Assembly: GCA_013239625.1 (NCBI GenBank) | Contig: MU053934.1 | Coordinates: forward strand, 12,559,413 to 12,623,412 | DNA length: 64,000 nucleotides | DNA from: Lama guanicoe | Taxonomy: Eukaryota | Direction of reading: 5' to 3' | Shown: one piece after another, positions 37,401-53,328 of the stretch | Numbering within the stretch: the stretch's first letter is position 1 | Layout: each line of letters starts with the position of its first letter | Translations under genes and position numbers: made by a program | Notes under the pieces: model-generated | Databases searched by the model: none | The model's input: the letters and a program-made list of their open reading frames with translations, nothing else | What the model was told of the DNA's origin: nothing

Positions 37401-38868
37401 GCCCTGCCCACTGGGGTGCCTGACCAGGCCCTCACCCGATGAACTGTGGCTGGCACGCTGGGCACGGGAAGCTTGGGCAGAGAAGCCTGGAAGCTGTAGA
37501 GCATGGGTCGCCGACTGGATAGAAGGCGGACACAGATCTGGGGGTACAGAGCCGAGAATGTCAAAGTGGAAGCTGGAGGAAAGAATGGAAACTAGCAACC
37601 ACTTGAGAAGCTGCCCCAGACTCTCGGAACCAGGACAAACCCTGCCAGCCACCAGTGCCCTGCCTGGCTGTCCCCTCCAGCTCAGAACCCAAAGTGAGGC
37701 CCTGGGCGGTCTCAAACCAGATGCCTGAACCCCTCCGCCAGCTTCTGCTCACAGCCCAGACTTTGGTGAAGCAGCTGGTCTTGCCATGCATCTCAAACAT
37801 CCAACCGTGGTAGGACAGCAGCAGTTTCAGGGTTTGGCGGAAGAAGAAGATGCCCATCATCCAGACCCCCGTGGAGAAGACAGCCATGCTGAGAAGTGCT
37901 CGGGTCTGTGGGGTCCGGTAGGGGCCACATCTGTCAGAGAAGGGGAGGGGACTGCAGGGGGTCCACTCAAGAACAGCCCTGGGGAAGTTCTGATTCTGCT
38001 GTCCTGATGGATGTGAGCCATCTCACGGGAGGCGCCAAGGAGAAAAGCCTCCCTGGACTCACATCTGAGCCGCTGAGTGCATCACACGTGAACTTACAGA
38101 AGTGGGACTGAGATGATGGTTGCCCTCAGGTGAGGGCTGCCCCATGACCTCCCGTGGCTGTGGTCCCATATCTGCCCATCAGGAACCCTGACCATGGAGC
38201 CCACCCAATCCTCTCATGGCCTGGCTTCTTACCTTTCGGGAAGACATCTCTGGATATAACAGACTAGCCCTCTGGAGATATCCACGTTGCAGTAGGAGGA
38301 ACCCACTGTTGTTATGACGACGACCAGCCAGCTGGTGGGGCTGCCAGGATACACGCCCCTGAGGATGCCATTCTGTGGGCCAGAAACAAGCAAGCTCACA
38401 GAGCAAGGACTGGGATAAGCAGCGCCTATGAGTTCTGCCTGGTTTTACTCCTCCTTCATGTCTGGTGTCTCCCCTCCACACTACCACACCTGCAGCACCT
38501 GGTTACTCAGTGTCCCACTGCCACTTCCTGTACACCTGTCTCCCCTCCACACCTTGAGCACCCCTCTGGTTTCTGCACTGCTGGAGCCTGTCACCCACCA
38601 GAACTGCCAACCAAGGTGGGGGTGGAGGACCCCGAAATGGGCAGTGGCTCACACCTGGCTCCTGCATCCCTGGAAGGCTCTATTCTGCACCTGCTGGGAG
38701 GAACAGACCAGAACCACCTGCGCCAACCTTGATGCGAATCAGGCGTTTCTTCCAGGAGTTGATGCCGGACAGGTAAATCTGTTTCAGGGCCTCCCGACTG
38801 AGCTGGAAGTCGACCCCTTCTGGGGTCACGGTGAACTGGAAGGCCACAGCCTGGTGTGCTTCCGCCAT
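31486..38868 (-). CDS. CPT1B: Carnitine O-palmitoyltransferase 1B (muscle), 18 coding exons, 772 aa
   Basis: Exons (minus): 38868-38728, 38372-38233, 37930-37753, 37537-37436, 37257-37120, 37023-36946, 36055-35948, 35878-35794, 35127-34932, 34577-34392, 34311-34206, 34109-33993, 33565-33401, 33326-33192, 33096-32944, 32378-32265, 31801-31709, 31569-31486. All junctions are GT-AG and the total is 2319 nt. N-terminus [12 protein letters not shown]; motifs LPKLPVP, RWFDK, catalytic [21 protein letters not shown]. Confidence 0.98.
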
Positions 38869-38995
38869 CCTGGGGGTTGGTGGGCACCTGGGAGGCGGCA
38901 GGAGGGTGCGCGGGCGGGCTCATCCAGCCCCCGCCGAAGCCCCCCCCACCCCCGCCGCTGTCTGCGGCCCTGCCTGCCCCTCACCCCGCTGAGCC

Positions 38996-39327
38996 AGGTC
39001 ATCGGCCAGCCCCAGCAGCCGAGGCCCCACCCTTGGACCCTGAGCTTGGCCAACTGCCGCAGAATCTTCATGCAGTGGTGCAGGGGTCAGGGAGGGGTTC
39101 AGGGCCATGAAAACTTAAGGAGTCCTGAGAACAGTGAAAAGTAGCCTGGGGGTGGGGGCAAAGGTCCTGGGCCAGCCCCAGCAGCCGAGGCCCCACCCTT
39201 GGACCCTGAGCTTGGCCAACTGCCGCAGAATCTTCATGCAGTGGTGCAGGGGTCAGGGAGGGGTTCAGGGCCATGAAAACTTAAGGAGTCCTGAGAACAG
39301 TGAAAAGTAGCCTGGGGGTGGGGGCAA
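38996..39327. repeat. 166-bp tandem duplication in the CPT1B 5' region
   Basis: 39004-39161 is identical to 39170-39327; the unit starts differ slightly (aggtcatc vs aggtcctg). Confidence 0.95.
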
Positions 39328-39506
39328 GAGGAGTACCGGAATAGGAGCTGATCTGGTCTCGAGTGAGGCGGGGCCTGGGTATCCCTAGCCCCACCACGTG
39401 GGACCCTGGCACCATCCTTGACACCCCCCTCCTCCCCACACCCTCCCCTCCGCACCCCAGCGCTGGCCCAGGCCAGCGGCCCTGTACCACCCCCAACTCC
39501 ACTCAC

Positions 39507-39600
39507 GGCTCGAGTTTGCTCCTGTCTGCTTGTGGGGCCAGTAGCTCTGGCCCGTGTCCCCACGTCCTTCAGGCCTGGCCACCTCTGCCCCGCCCTCACC
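39507..39600 (-). other. CPT1B: Probable upstream non-coding first exon of CPT1B; a second candidate first exon ends at 38985
   Basis: Donors GCC|gtgagt (exon end 39507) and GGG|gtgagg (exon end 38985); acceptor before 38887; CPT1B is known to use alternative first exons; 5' boundary uncertain. Confidence 0.5.
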
Positions 39601-39788
39601 AGGAACCTGATATCCACTCCCAAATTTGGGTTGAGAGAACAGATGTGGGGCGGCAGCCAGAATCTACCCCCCTTGGTGGTGGGAATCAGGAGTGGGGGGC
39701 TGGGTTTCTGCAAGCTGAATATTGCTCAAAGGTCTGGGAACCTGGTGGGGGGCCCAACAGGTCTCACGTGAGGATGGTGGCAATAGAG

Positions 39789-39819
39789 CTAAAAATAGCC
39801 CAATGTAGGGAAAAGGTCA
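39789..39819 (-). promoter_or_regulatory. CPT1B MEF2 site (CTAAAAATAG, 39789-39798) and DR1 PPRE/fatty-acid response element (AGGGAA-A-AGGTCA, 39807-39819)
   Basis: Exact consensus motifs, adjacent as in the known muscle CPT1 promoter. Confidence 0.85.
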
Positions 39820-40160
39820 TCAGTGTGTCAGCTGTGCCTTCTGTTCCCTGATCTCCAGTGCTCAGGGTTGGGCATGCCCACCCAAGGGCCCTCTTTGTAA
39901 TCCATTTCTCCCCAGGCCCCCACCCAAGTCCTCCTAGAATTTGTCACTCCTAAGCTGGAGCCAGGGAGGGGGAGAGCAGGGGCTCCAACTGGCAGAATGA
40001 ACCCGTAACCACTTTCAAGCCCAGATCACCCAACAGCCATGCTTTTCAGGAGAGGAAACAGGCTCCACGCAGTGGTCACTTTGTTAATCTGTGTGCACTC
40101 TTTGGTTGGTACTTTGTGCTGTACTGAGTAGGGCTGGGAGAGTGTGAAGGAAGAAGCTAG

Positions 40161-40166
40161 TTTATT
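40161..40166 (-). terminator. CHKB polyadenylation signal AATAAA
   Basis: TTTATT on + about 170 nt after the CHKB stop. Confidence 0.75.
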
Positions 40167-40338
40167 GTCTTAAGGTACACAGCTGTCCAGTTGCCTGCAG
40201 TGGGACCACCAAGGAGTCAGCCTCTTTAACCCCAGTCTCACTCAGGGGCTCAGCCCAATCCCCAGGGCCTCCCTTTTGTCCCTCCAAGGTCCTGCCCTGG
40301 GGGCTCTGGGAGAAATCCAAGGAGTTGGGGGTGGAGAG

Positions 40339-43481
<3,143 letters not shown>

Positions 43482-43990
43482 GGCGCGGGCTCAGCCGGGC
43501 CCAACACCTTGCCGCGCTCGGCTCCTTCCGGTTGCGCTCGGCTCCGCTTCCGGCCAGCCTACGCTTCTCGGGTCGTACTCGGGTCTCTCAGGCTCTATTC
43601 GGCTCTTTGCGACTCTGCTCTGCTCTCTAGGAGACCCTGTTCCGGGTGCTATTTCCGAAGGCTGTGTCCCGCCCCGCTTGGAGAGAAGGCCAATGGCCTC
43701 TCTCTATGGGTGGGGCCACTCGAAAGACACGTCGCTGTTTGGACTGTAACCCGGAAACAGGAAATAGTGCAGTCCAATCAGAAGCGCCGTGAGCGGTCAG
43801 GCTCGCGGCACAGCCCCGTGTCACGTGGGCGGGTGGCCGGTCCGCTGCCGGGTGTCCGGGGGGAAATGCCGGTGAGGCAAAGTGGGCCTTCGCCAGGGTC
43901 GCGGAGCGGACTGGACAACGCAGGCAGGGCGGCAGAAGCCCTGTCACTGGACAGATTTGGCCCCCGGAACAGTCGGAAGGAAGACTGTTG
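43482..43990. promoter_or_regulatory. CHKB CpG-island promoter, likely bidirectional
   Basis: CpG-dense; several ETS/GABP-type CCGGAA/TTCCGG; CCAAT near 43690 and 43775; E-box TCACGTG at 43821; plus-strand donor-like sites near 43872 and 44012. Confidence 0.7.
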
Positions 43991-44069
43991 AGTGTGTGGC
44001 GAGTCCTGAGTGTGAGTGACACCGGGGAGGGAAGAGTGTGTGTGACTCACATCTAGGGGTGGAGAATGT

Positions 44070-47000
44070 AGGTGCCAGATTTGTTGATGAGTAACCTTAA
44101 ATCCCGAATCACCGCTGAGACTCCCTTGCCAGTTGAAGCGCACCTCTGAGAGGAGGCTCTTGTTACCCTGCTTGAAACTAATGTCTCCAAGCCCCAGTCC
44201 ACTACCCTTCTGGCCTCCAGACATAAAATCTGTTACAAAATCTACTCAGGAGGAGAGGCTCACACCCTGGAGCTGACCCCTGGGGCTGCTTCACGTCTCT
44301 TCCCACTGGGGCAGTGTGAAATGCCTCCTTGCGTTTCTTCTGCTCCAAGCTGGAGTGGCAACCAGGAAGACTTGACCCACGGGCATCTCAGTGTTCTTTG
44401 GGGTAAAACAGATGGGCAGCTGACGAGTGGTGTTTGATTTGAATAATAAGAAAGAAACCAACTATTAGTGATCAGAAGGTGAAAGTCAGTTGCTGCAGCA
44501 GAAAATCATGATTGCTCATTCTTTACTTAAATTTGAGCCAGTTCTGAGACCTGGACTGGAGCCCACTGGTTGAAAGGGAGGCTTGATCCCCTACAGAAAG
44601 GATCCTGCAATGCCACCATAAGCACATAAAAAATATTTCTCCAGTCCTTCCCCAAGGGACCTATTGCCTCTTGACAAAGGAAGGAATTTAACTTTGAAAA
44701 AGAGACTACCCAGATCTTTCAAGGGCTGTTAGGTGTAAGATATGAACTGATGGTGTGTGCCAGGGTGCATGAAGCCACTGGTTTGGGTAGGGGCTATGGA
44801 AGTCAGATGATAAATGGAGTCCTGACCCAAGTCTTGTGGTCACTTCTCTGGTCCCAGTGCATACTTTGGATAATTATACCCAGCAGTGGGCAGAGCCTGC
44901 ATATTGCTCCCTGACTTGTGGAATAAAAATCATAGCAGGAAGCGTGGGAGCCTCTGAAGCTCCCATCCCCTCCAACAGTGGGATCCAGGTGGGGTTGCAG
45001 AGACTGCTCACTTACAAAGATATAAATCCCCGTTATTTCCTCTTCAGTTCACCTGTATGGCCCTTGCAAAATCCAGATGGATTCAAGAAAATGATGGTGG
45101 ACTGCCACAAACTTAGCTAAATAGCACCCCAGTCAGCAGCTGTGTCAGTTGAGACATCTGTACTGAAACTGATAATGCACTTCTGACACTTGATAATGCA
45201 ATGGATGTGAACATGCTTTTCAGTTTCCAGTAGTAAAGTACATTTCCAAGAGCAGTTTACTTTCATGTGGGGAGGACAGCCAAACATACACATTGTCTTG
45301 TTTCAAGGCTGTTTTAACTTGTGCCTTCTGTCGCAGTGCACTCCACTGAGACCTTGAACACCTGGACATTCTGCATAACATTGATGACATCATGCTAACT
45401 GGACACGGTGAAGAAGGAAATGACAAATCACTGTCCCAGGTAAGACAGTGCATGTTGGAGGATGAGAGATAAACCCTCAGAAGTTCTGGAGCCTGTCATC
45501 AGTGAAGTTTCCAGGGGTACAATGTTGTAGGGCAAAGCAGGGCACCACCTCTAAGGTAAGGACACATGATTGCCTCTTGCATCCCTATCATGAAGAACGA
45601 GGCCTATCACTTGATGCACCTCTGGATTTTGGGGTCAGCATGTACCACACTCAGCAGTGCTGTTCTGACCCATTTATCGGGTGACTTGGAAGACTGCCAG
45701 TTTTGAATGGGGCGGAGAGAAAAGGAAGGCTCTGGTGAAGATCCTGATTGGAGGATGGGTTCCCCTGCCACATGGCAGAACCAGTGGGTTACGGTGGGCT
45801 TATTTGTGGTAAATAGGGACCCTGTGTGGCACCTTTGGCAGGTTCCAACAGGAGATTTGCAGTGCAGACACTGGGATTCTGAAGCAAGACCATGCCTGCT
45901 GCAATGAAGAACTACTCAGCAATGGAAAGCAGCTTCTGGCACAAGACTGGTCCCAAATAGAGACTGCCTGCCTGATTATGGGGCATCAAATGACCCTGTG
46001 ACCACATCTGCCTGTCCTGAGCTAGGTATTGGCAGGTCCACCAAACAAATAGGTTAAGCAGGCTCAGTAGCAATTCACTGCACAATGAAACAGGATTAGA
46101 CCTGAGCCTGTCCAGAGAGCACTGGTCATTTGTAGAGGCTACTGTGGCCCCCACATTGCCTACTTTGTTGTACCAATGCTTCTCTCTTAGCAGACAGCAA
46201 GAAAAATTTAGGTCTGGCTCACAGATGGGTCAGCTTGATGTGCTGATAAGAGCTGAAAATGAACTGCTGCTGCACTACCATCCATTCAGGGTGGCTCTAA
46301 AGGACAGTAATGAGGACAATTCCTCCAGGGAGCAGAGCTTTAGGCAGCACACTTGGATACCCACTTTGTGGGGAAGAGCAGGGAGGAGTGGACAGAACAG
46401 GGGCCTAAGGAAGATGTGCACTGAACTTCTGGGTCGAGACAGATGTCTTGCTGCTTAGTCAGGGATCTGGGAAGAGCAGGAGGGGAATATTGGAGACAGG
46501 GAGGTCTGGGAAAGAAGAGGGACCTATAGGAGTGGTCACAAGTGTGTGCATCTTTGTGCCTCATGTTAATACCCATTGCAAAGAGGTCACTGAGCAGCAA
46601 AGTGAATGGATGCAGCCAGCTTCTGTCCTTGGCTACCCTTATGCTTGTAAGGTGGACCCATGAATGGAGTTGCCATGGTGGCAGTCTGTGCCCACCAACA
46701 TGGACTCTCTTACCAAGGCTTATCTATCTGCCTATGAATCTTACTGCCTATGAATGTCTGACCTGTTAGCAGCCAAGATTAGTGCTGAGCTCCTGATATG
46801 GTACCATTCCTAGATGACTCAGGGACAGGTTGGTTACAGCAGATCCTTTCCACCCAGGAGAGATTCATCCTTGCTGGAATTGACACCTGCTCTGGATATG
46901 CGTTTGCCTTCCTTATCCACAAGGTCTCAGAGTAGCATCACTGTCAGGCAGCTGAGAGGATGCTCAATTTACCAACACAAGATCATGTATAGCATGTATA

Positions 47001-47950
47001 TGTATATATGTGTAAATGTATAACCTCGGGCCAAGAAACTCATTTTACGGTGAAGCGCACAACAATGTGTGGATTGCCACAGGACCACTGCTTCTCCAAT
47101 ATCCTGTGTTACCTACAAGCAGCCTGTCTCATGGAAAGAAGGAATGTCCTCACAAAGACTTAGCTAACGTCCCAGCTCTAGGGCAGTATCCGGAGAAGCT
47201 GGAGTATATACACAACTCAGAGCCTAGCGTATGGTTCCCCAGGGGATAAAATACATGGATCCAGGAACAAAGTCACAAGTCCAAGAACCCAGGGGTTGGT
47301 ATTAGCTGTCCCCCGCAATTGTTCTCAGTAATCCACTTGTACAAGTTGCACATTCTGTCTCTGCAACATTAAACCCTGCTGAATTAGACCTCCTGGCTCC
47401 CTGGTGGGGAGCACTTCCATGAGGGGACTTCCACTGATTCTAGGGGAGGACACCTCCACTGAACCTGAATCTGCAAATTCCAGCAGGTCATTTTGAGCTC
47501 CTCATGGAGAACCAGCAGGCAAAAGAGAAAGGGATAATAGATCCTGATTATTATGAGTAGATAGGGTTGCTACTACTTCATAAGGCAGTCAGGAGTTGGT
47601 CTGGCCTGTAGAGTTCACCTGGTTCTGTCTGGTTGCTTCCATGCCACGTGGTGACAGCAGCCACAGCCTGCCAAAGACAAGGCAACCAAGGGCTCAGAAC
47701 CCTCAGGGATGAAGGTCTGAGTCATCCCTCCAGGAAAGCCATATAGACCAGCTGAAATGCTGGCTGGTGGTGAGGGAAATCTAGAGGAGGAGGTAACCAG
47801 TATCAGTTACAGCCTCAGGAACAGGTGCAGCAGTGGGGACTCTGTTTGTTCTACTAACGCTCTTGTGTTAAGGCTTTTGTAAATGTGACCTTCGAGACTT
47901 TGGCTCAAAAAATCATGACAACGTGGACTTAGTGTGGTGCCTGAGTAGAT
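44070..47950 (+). mobile_element. Decayed ERV-L (class III) internal region: gag/pol remnants
   Basis: RT-like peptide FSSPVWPLQNPDGFKKMMVDCHKL (cf. ERVL SPIWPVQKxDGSWRMTVDYRKL); ttgatgacatcatgcta (IDDIML); integrase-like segments; many stops and frameshifts. Confidence 0.75.
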
Positions 47951-48365
47951 CTATTGGGTGCAAGGTCTGGTGTCTTGACTGATGCCTTCAGCACACCTTT
48001 AATTGCAATGGACTTACAGAGCTGCATCTCTGGCACCTGCTGTGTATCTTTGCATTTTCTGCCCAGGCCTTCTCTGACACAGCAGGAGCCCACTTGGTCT
48101 GCTTACCAGCACAGTCTAGGTCCCTGGGGGCAACTTCAGGGACTGGAGACTGGCGTCGGTGGATGAGTAGTTGGACAATCCTAGGAGGCACTCTGTACAC
48201 TTATCAGGAGGTCGTGGTGAAGTCAAGGTGCTGTTAGCCAGAGCAGAAACCTCAGGACCGTGCTATGTTTTGATTCCTCCGTTTCTGTCTCACTCTTCCC
48301 CTACTCCATTTATGTTTCCTGGAATCACTTCCTGAACAAACCACTTATACCTAAGTCTTTGGGCC
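47950..48365 (+). mobile_element. Probable 3' LTR remnant of the ERV-L
   Basis: Follows the internal region; ends ...ctggaatcacttcctgaacaaaccacttatac. Confidence 0.45.
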
Positions 48366-48369
48366 TGAA

Positions 48370-48742
48370 GTCACTGTCACTGGGCTGAAATTGTTGTGTT
48401 GGTAAGGCTGCACTCTCTAGAGGCTCTAAGGGAGGATCCACTCCTTGCTGCTCTGGTAGATGCGGGCTTTACTTAGCATGTGTCTGCATCACTCGTCTCT
48501 GGCTCCATGGCCGTCATTGCTTCCATCTCTCCTGTCTGTGCAATCTCCCTCATTCTCTCTTATAAAGATGCTGCGATGGTATTTAGGGCCAACCTGGATA
48601 ATCCAGGATAATCTCTTCATTGCAGAATCCTTGATTTAATCAAATCTGCGCACATCCTTTTTCCAAATAGGGTAACACTTACAGGTTCCAAGCGTTAGAA
48701 CATGGATATCTCTTGAGAGACCATTTTTTTCAGCCTACCAGA
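48370..48742 (-). mobile_element. MaLR LTR (MLT1-like)
   Basis: ctcttataaagat...gtatttagggccaacctggataatccaggataatctc...ggtaacacttacaggttcc...cagcctacca. Confidence 0.7.
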
Positions 48743-48939
48743 GTCACGAATTCTTCCTCTCACAGCTTTCAGCTTATCAATCCATTGTGTCCCAGTCCTT
48801 GAATATTGCAGTCAAACAGTTCTGAGCCCAGCCTAATTTTTCTCCTTGGACAGAATTTAATTTTTCTGACTAAATACTTGAAGAAGTATGGTATATGCAT
48901 GAGGGAATGATTTATTTATTTATTCACTTAAAATGATAA

Positions 48940-49712
48940 TAAGCCCTCAGATGTTAGCATAAATAACTATTTTATAAAATAAAAATTTGATGAGAATAGT
49001 GGCCTTCTCTTTACATTTTTGTAAGTTTCTTTATTGCCTGCTTAGTTGGAGACAGCTGGTCCCCATAGCTGCTTCTGCAGTCAGTCTCTTCCAATGTATT
49101 GTTTTAGTTGAAACATGAAGAAAATCCAGCCTCACTTAGATTTGTAGTTGGAAACCTTTTCAATTGGCTTTTTTAGATAAATGTGGATCTTTGTTGATAG
49201 TACACCAAGACTTGATGAGAGACAGTTTCTTAAAGGTTAGTTGCAGTTTGGACTTTGAAACCATATCAGTGAACTTTTTCATGCTCTGTTGCATTAAAGT
49301 CCATTGGTCTGTCTTGCGTGTTGAGTGGGTCTTTTAGTCATTCATAATTTTGAAGCATCATGCATTCGTTGGTCATTTGGATGATGCTGGTTCACTGAGT
49401 TATGTAGATCTTACAAATTTTGACAGATTTTATTATATATTTTAAAAATCACAATTGTTAATGCCACCACCAATCTAATCAGAAAAACATATAAATATTG
49501 GGAAACTTTAAGCTCACGATGATGGACACAGGTTTTCCAAAAACCTAATTTTTTCTTAAAAGCAAAAATGTTATCATTGGCAGCAAATACTATCAGTTGT
49601 TTTCCTTGAAGTAACATGCCCACTTTATTCATTTTGGAGAGTGTTTGCCAAATACCCAAGTCAGAATAACCATTATTTGTCAGTTTTCTTTCAAATAAAA
49701 ATAGTTTCATGG
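48940..49712 (-). mobile_element. Charlie1-like hAT DNA transposon, left part (resumes at ~57595-58023)
   Basis: Minus-strand transposase remnant LSKMNKVGMLLQGKQLIVFAANDNIFAFKKKLGFWK; the right part ends ...ggggaccactg. Confidence 0.65.
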
Positions 49713-50599
49713 AGTGATGTCAGCAAGAAGGCAGAGGGAGAAATTCCCTGTCTCTCCTCTTCAATTTACAGCCAATAAAACATTCACAATGCCAAAAAAG
49801 TTACCTCTGTCCAGCACACCAGGATGCTGGAGAATTCTACACTTCTGTGCATCTAAAGGTGGATGGACTAGAACCCTTAGAGGTGGTGGAGCTGGGGGAA
49901 TAGTGGAGGCAGTGCCTATAATCCTGGATTCCCAGCTGCAGCAGCTGAGCCTGCAGCCTCAGATAACTTGGTAGTAGCAGGGGAGGTGGCACACACAGCT
50001 CCATACTCCCAGTGACAGTGGCAGTCACAGGTAACTAGCAGCAGTGGCAGTGAAGCCTAGGATTCCATGTCTTCAGCTTCAGAGGTGCCCATGACTCTAC
50101 CTGCAGCATTCCCCCTACCTGCACCAGCAGATCCTGTGAACCATACAACAGACATGGCAGAGACAGCTGTGCAACACTGGCTACTTCCCACCTAATCCCT
50201 CCCCAGTGATGGCAGAGCTGGAGCCCAGGGGATCCCAGACCCAATGGAAGAGCCCACTATCCTGGTGCCCAAGGCAGCAACACCAGCAACACTGGCAGCA
50301 GCAAGGTACCAGTCACGCCAGGGCTACAAGAAGCAATAACGAGGGCACAGGGGTGATGCTCCTGACAGAGGTGGCGGTGGGTAGAAAGTACTGACTCTCA
50401 AACATAGCCAGAGGCAGTTCAGAATCAAACAGAAAGGTGGTCATTACTTCAGATGCGCCAGCAAAGAAACAACTCATCAAGCGCTATGAAGAACCACAGT
50501 AACATGGTATTACAAAAATAAAATGATAATTCTCCAGAAACCAAATTTAAAGGCATGGAATACTGTGATCTACCTGATAGAGCATTCAAAGTAGCGGTC

Positions 50600-50738
50600 C
50601 CGGTGAAAGAGAATGTGACAATTAATATATGTATGTTCATGTATAACTGAAAAATTGTGCTCTATACTGGAAATTGGGACAACATTGTAAACTGACAATA
50701 ACTCAATAAAAAAAATAAATAAAAACTAAGAAAAAAAA
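50600..50738 (+). mobile_element. Short L1 3'-end insertion inside ORF1 of the older L1
   Basis: gaatgtgacaat...gaaaaattgtgct...cattgtaaactgac..taactcaataaaaaaa, similar to the young L1 tail at 56565-56680. Confidence 0.75.
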
Positions 50739-52367
50739 AGCTGTCATGAAGAAACTCAACCAGCTACAAGAAAACTTAGGCAGTTCAGTGAGCTCAGGAA
50801 TACAATTAATGAACAGAAGGAAGACTTTGCCAAATAGATTGAAACTAAAGAAGAACCAAACAGAAATTCTCAACAAATAAGATAAAGGATGCAGTAGAAA
50901 ACATTGGAAATAGAGCAGACCATATGGAAGAGAGAATTAACAAGCTCAAAAACAGAAGTCTAGAAGTAACACAAGTAGAAGAGATAAGAGGAATAAGATA
51001 TTTTAAAAATGAGTTTGGTGAGAGCTGTCCAACTTTCAGGAAGGGTAACAGTAGTGTAATGGGTATGTCCCACCAGGAGAAGAAAGGGAGAAGGGAGCAG
51101 AGAGTTTCTTTAACAATAACAACTGAGAACTTCCCAAACCTGAGGGAGAAACTGGATATACAAGTCCATGAAGCTAAGATAATAGCTAATTACCTCAATG
51201 GAAAAGGTCCTTCTCCAAGACACATTATATTAATATTGTCAAAAGTCAATGACAAAGAATGTTAAAGGCAGCCAGGGGAAAAATAGTGGTAACTCCCAAT
51301 AGATTATCAGCAGATTTCTCAGCAGAAACTCTACAGGCCAGGAGGGAGTGGAATGACATTCTCAAAGTACTGAAAGATAAAAACTGTCACCTGGGAATAC
51401 TTTATCCAGCAAAGTTATCATTCAGATATGAAGCAAATTAAGACTTTCCCAGACAAACAAACCCAAGGAAGTTAATTAACACTAGACCTGTCTTACAAGA
51501 ACTGTTGAAAGGAACTCTTTTACCAGAAATAAAAAGAGAAGTGTACACAAAACTTTGAGCAAGGTGATAAATAGACAGAATCAGAAAATCACAACTCTTT
51601 ATCAGAATAGATTTTTAAACACTTTATTATAAAATAAAGGTTAAAGGGAGAAAAAGAAGAAAAAACAATGACAGTTACTTCAATTTGGTAAAAAACAAAA
51701 ACTCAGCATAAAAAGGGATAATTTGAAGCAATAAAAGAAAAACACAAAAAGGAAGAGGAAAATGATGGAAACCATAGAGGTAAATGAGGATAAGATGCTA
51801 TCAACTGAAAAAGGACTATTTTATCTATGAGACATTTTATACAAACCAAATATCTAGAACAGAGATATGAAACAAACAAAAGAAATGGAGAAAAATCATA
51901 GAAAACCACTAAACTAAAACAGCAGACAGAAACACAAGAAAAAAAGAAACAATGGAGAAATAGAGCAACCAGAAAACAAAAGAGAAAATGGCAGTACTAA
52001 GTCTTCATCTATCAATAACCACCCTTAAAGTAAATGGATTGAATTCAGCAGTCAAAAGACACAGAGTGGCTGGATGGATTGAAAAACAAGACTGAATTCT
52101 GTGCTGCCTCCTGGAGGCTCACCTCAGCTCTAAAGGCACACATAGGCTCAAAGTGAAGGGATGGAAGATGATACTCCAAGCAAATGGCAGCCAAAATAAA
52201 GTGGGTGTAGCCATACTCATATCAGACAAAGTAGACTTCAAGCCAAAAAAGGAACAAGAGACAAAAACAAACAGCATATAATGATAAAAAAGACAACTCA
52301 TCAAGAAGACATAACATGATTTATATATATATACACACACACAAGCACCTAACAGAGGAGCATAAAC

Positions 52368-52369
52368 AT

Positions 52370-52428
<59 letters not shown>

Positions 52429-52429
52429 T
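52368..52429. repeat. (ATTT)n microsatellite
   Basis: About 15 perfect units. Confidence 0.95.
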
Positions 52430-53328
52430 AAATTAACAGACCTAAAGGGATGGAGAAACTGACAGCTACGGGGACTTTAACACCCACTGACATCAATGGA
52501 TAGATCACCTATACAGAAAGTCCATAAGGAAAGAGTGGTCTTAAATGAAACATTGGACGAGATGGATTTGATAGATTTGTACAGAATATTCCATTCAAAT
52601 GCAGTAGAATATACATTCTTCTCAAGTACATATGTAATTTTCTCAAGGATAGACCATATGTTGAGACACAAAACAAGTCTCAATAAATTCAAGAAGCTTG
52701 AAATAATATCAAGCAATTTTCCAATCCAATGGTATGAAACTAGAAGTCAACTACAAGAAGAAAGCTGGAAAAATCTCAAATATGTGGAGACTGAATAATA
52801 TGCTACTGAACAACTATTGGATCAATAAAAAAAATCTGAAGACAAATGAAAATGAAAATACAACATACCAAAATCTATGGGGACAGCAAAAGTGTAGTTT
52901 ATGGCAATACAGGCCCACCTCAAGATGTGAGAAAAATCTCAAATAAACAATCTAACCTTGCACTTAGATGAATGAGCAAAAGAGCAAACAGAGCCCAAAG
53001 TCAGGAGAAGGAAGGAAATAATAAAGATCAGAGCAGAAACAAACGAAACAGAGACTAAGAAGACAATAGAAGAGATTAATGAAAATAAGAGGTGGCTCTT
53101 TGAAAAGATAAATAAAATTAACAAAAATTTAGCTACATTCACTAAGAAGAAAAGAGACAAAACCAATAAACTCAGAAATGAAAAAGGAGAAATAATGGAT
53201 ACCTCAGAAAAACAAAGGATTTCAAGAGAATATTATGAATATATACCCCAACAAACTGGACAACCTAGAAGAAGTTACTGCAATCATATAACCTTCTGAG
53301 ACTGAATCATGGAGAAATAGAAAGTCTG

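Noticed and set aside
44083..44150. C/D-box snoRNA-like pattern (TGATGA...CTGA...CTGA)
   Set aside because: No terminal stem or recognisable guide, and it lies in ERV-L-like sequence
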